A stretch of DNA of 64,000 nucleotides, from positions 256,001 to 320,000 of the forward strand of contig CAVUQO010000002.1 of assembly GCA_963743635.1 (NCBI GenBank), written 5' to 3'. The DNA is from Candidatus Babeliales bacterium. Lineage in GTDB: Bacteria > Babelota > Babeliae > Babelales > Vermiphilaceae. The notes below the pieces were generated by a model. That model saw nothing but the letters and a program-made list of their open reading frames with translations, did no database searches and was not told the DNA's origin. Positions 63,774-64,000 of the stretch are shown in pieces (position 1 is the first letter of the stretch; every line of letters starts with the position of its first letter). A program made the translations under genes and the position numbers.

Positions 63774-64000
63774 ATAAGTAAAATCCCCTCATCCGTTCGT
63801 CCCGGGTGTTTCTATTCCTGCGCGAAGCGGAGGATAGAAATGTGCGAGGGATTTTAAATCAGATAATTCATATTTTAGTGTGGAGTACATGCAGATTTTA
63901 TGTGGAATATTATTTATCAACAATTCCTCGCACAATTCTCTCCTTCACTGCGTTCAGGATAGAATCACTCGGAACGAACGGGGGAGGGGATTTTACTTAT
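63774..64000. repeat. Imperfect long inverted repeat (REPIN/MITE-like); may extend beyond the window
   Basis: ATAAGTAAAATCCCCTC..CCGTTCGTCCCGGGTG at left versus CACTCGGAACGAACGG..GAGGGGATTTTACTTAT at right; AT-rich spacer. Confidence 0.8.

Overview
Bacterial chromosome segment. The 16S sequence, the gene content (murA, rpoB Zn-ribbon insert, many signal-peptide ORFans, eukaryote-like ankyrin/RING/RBR proteins) and the gene order suggest an intracellular parasite of protists, most likely Candidatus Dependentiae (TM6/Babeliales); this is inference, not a database result. Bases 1-41.4 kb are mostly core genome: prfB, gmk, a full rRNA operon (16S-tRNA-Ile-tRNA-Ala-23S-5S), tdk-radA-tdk, rluB-like, mscS, murA, a lone atpG, tsaE, tRNAs, rpmG-secE-nusG-rplKAJL-rpoBC, rpsO-pnp-rph and a holA-like gene. 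Many essential genes before 36.4 kb carry indel frameshifts, most likely from assembly errors. Bases 41.4-64 kb are an accessory region that appears to have grown by repeated insertion at the holA 3' end: that end is present three times and orphan 3' gene ends sit between cassettes. The most striking candidate system is a Sec-exported ubiquitin-ligase set: a complete RING-IBR-RING (RBR) E3 with MIU-like ubiquitin-binding helices and a tandem array of three ankyrin + RING-H2 proteins. These share with other ORFans a signal peptide whose predicted cleavage exposes a new N-terminal Met. Also notable are a signal-peptide thymidine kinase paralogue, paired P-site substitutions in 16S rRNA, and two families of REP-like palindromes.
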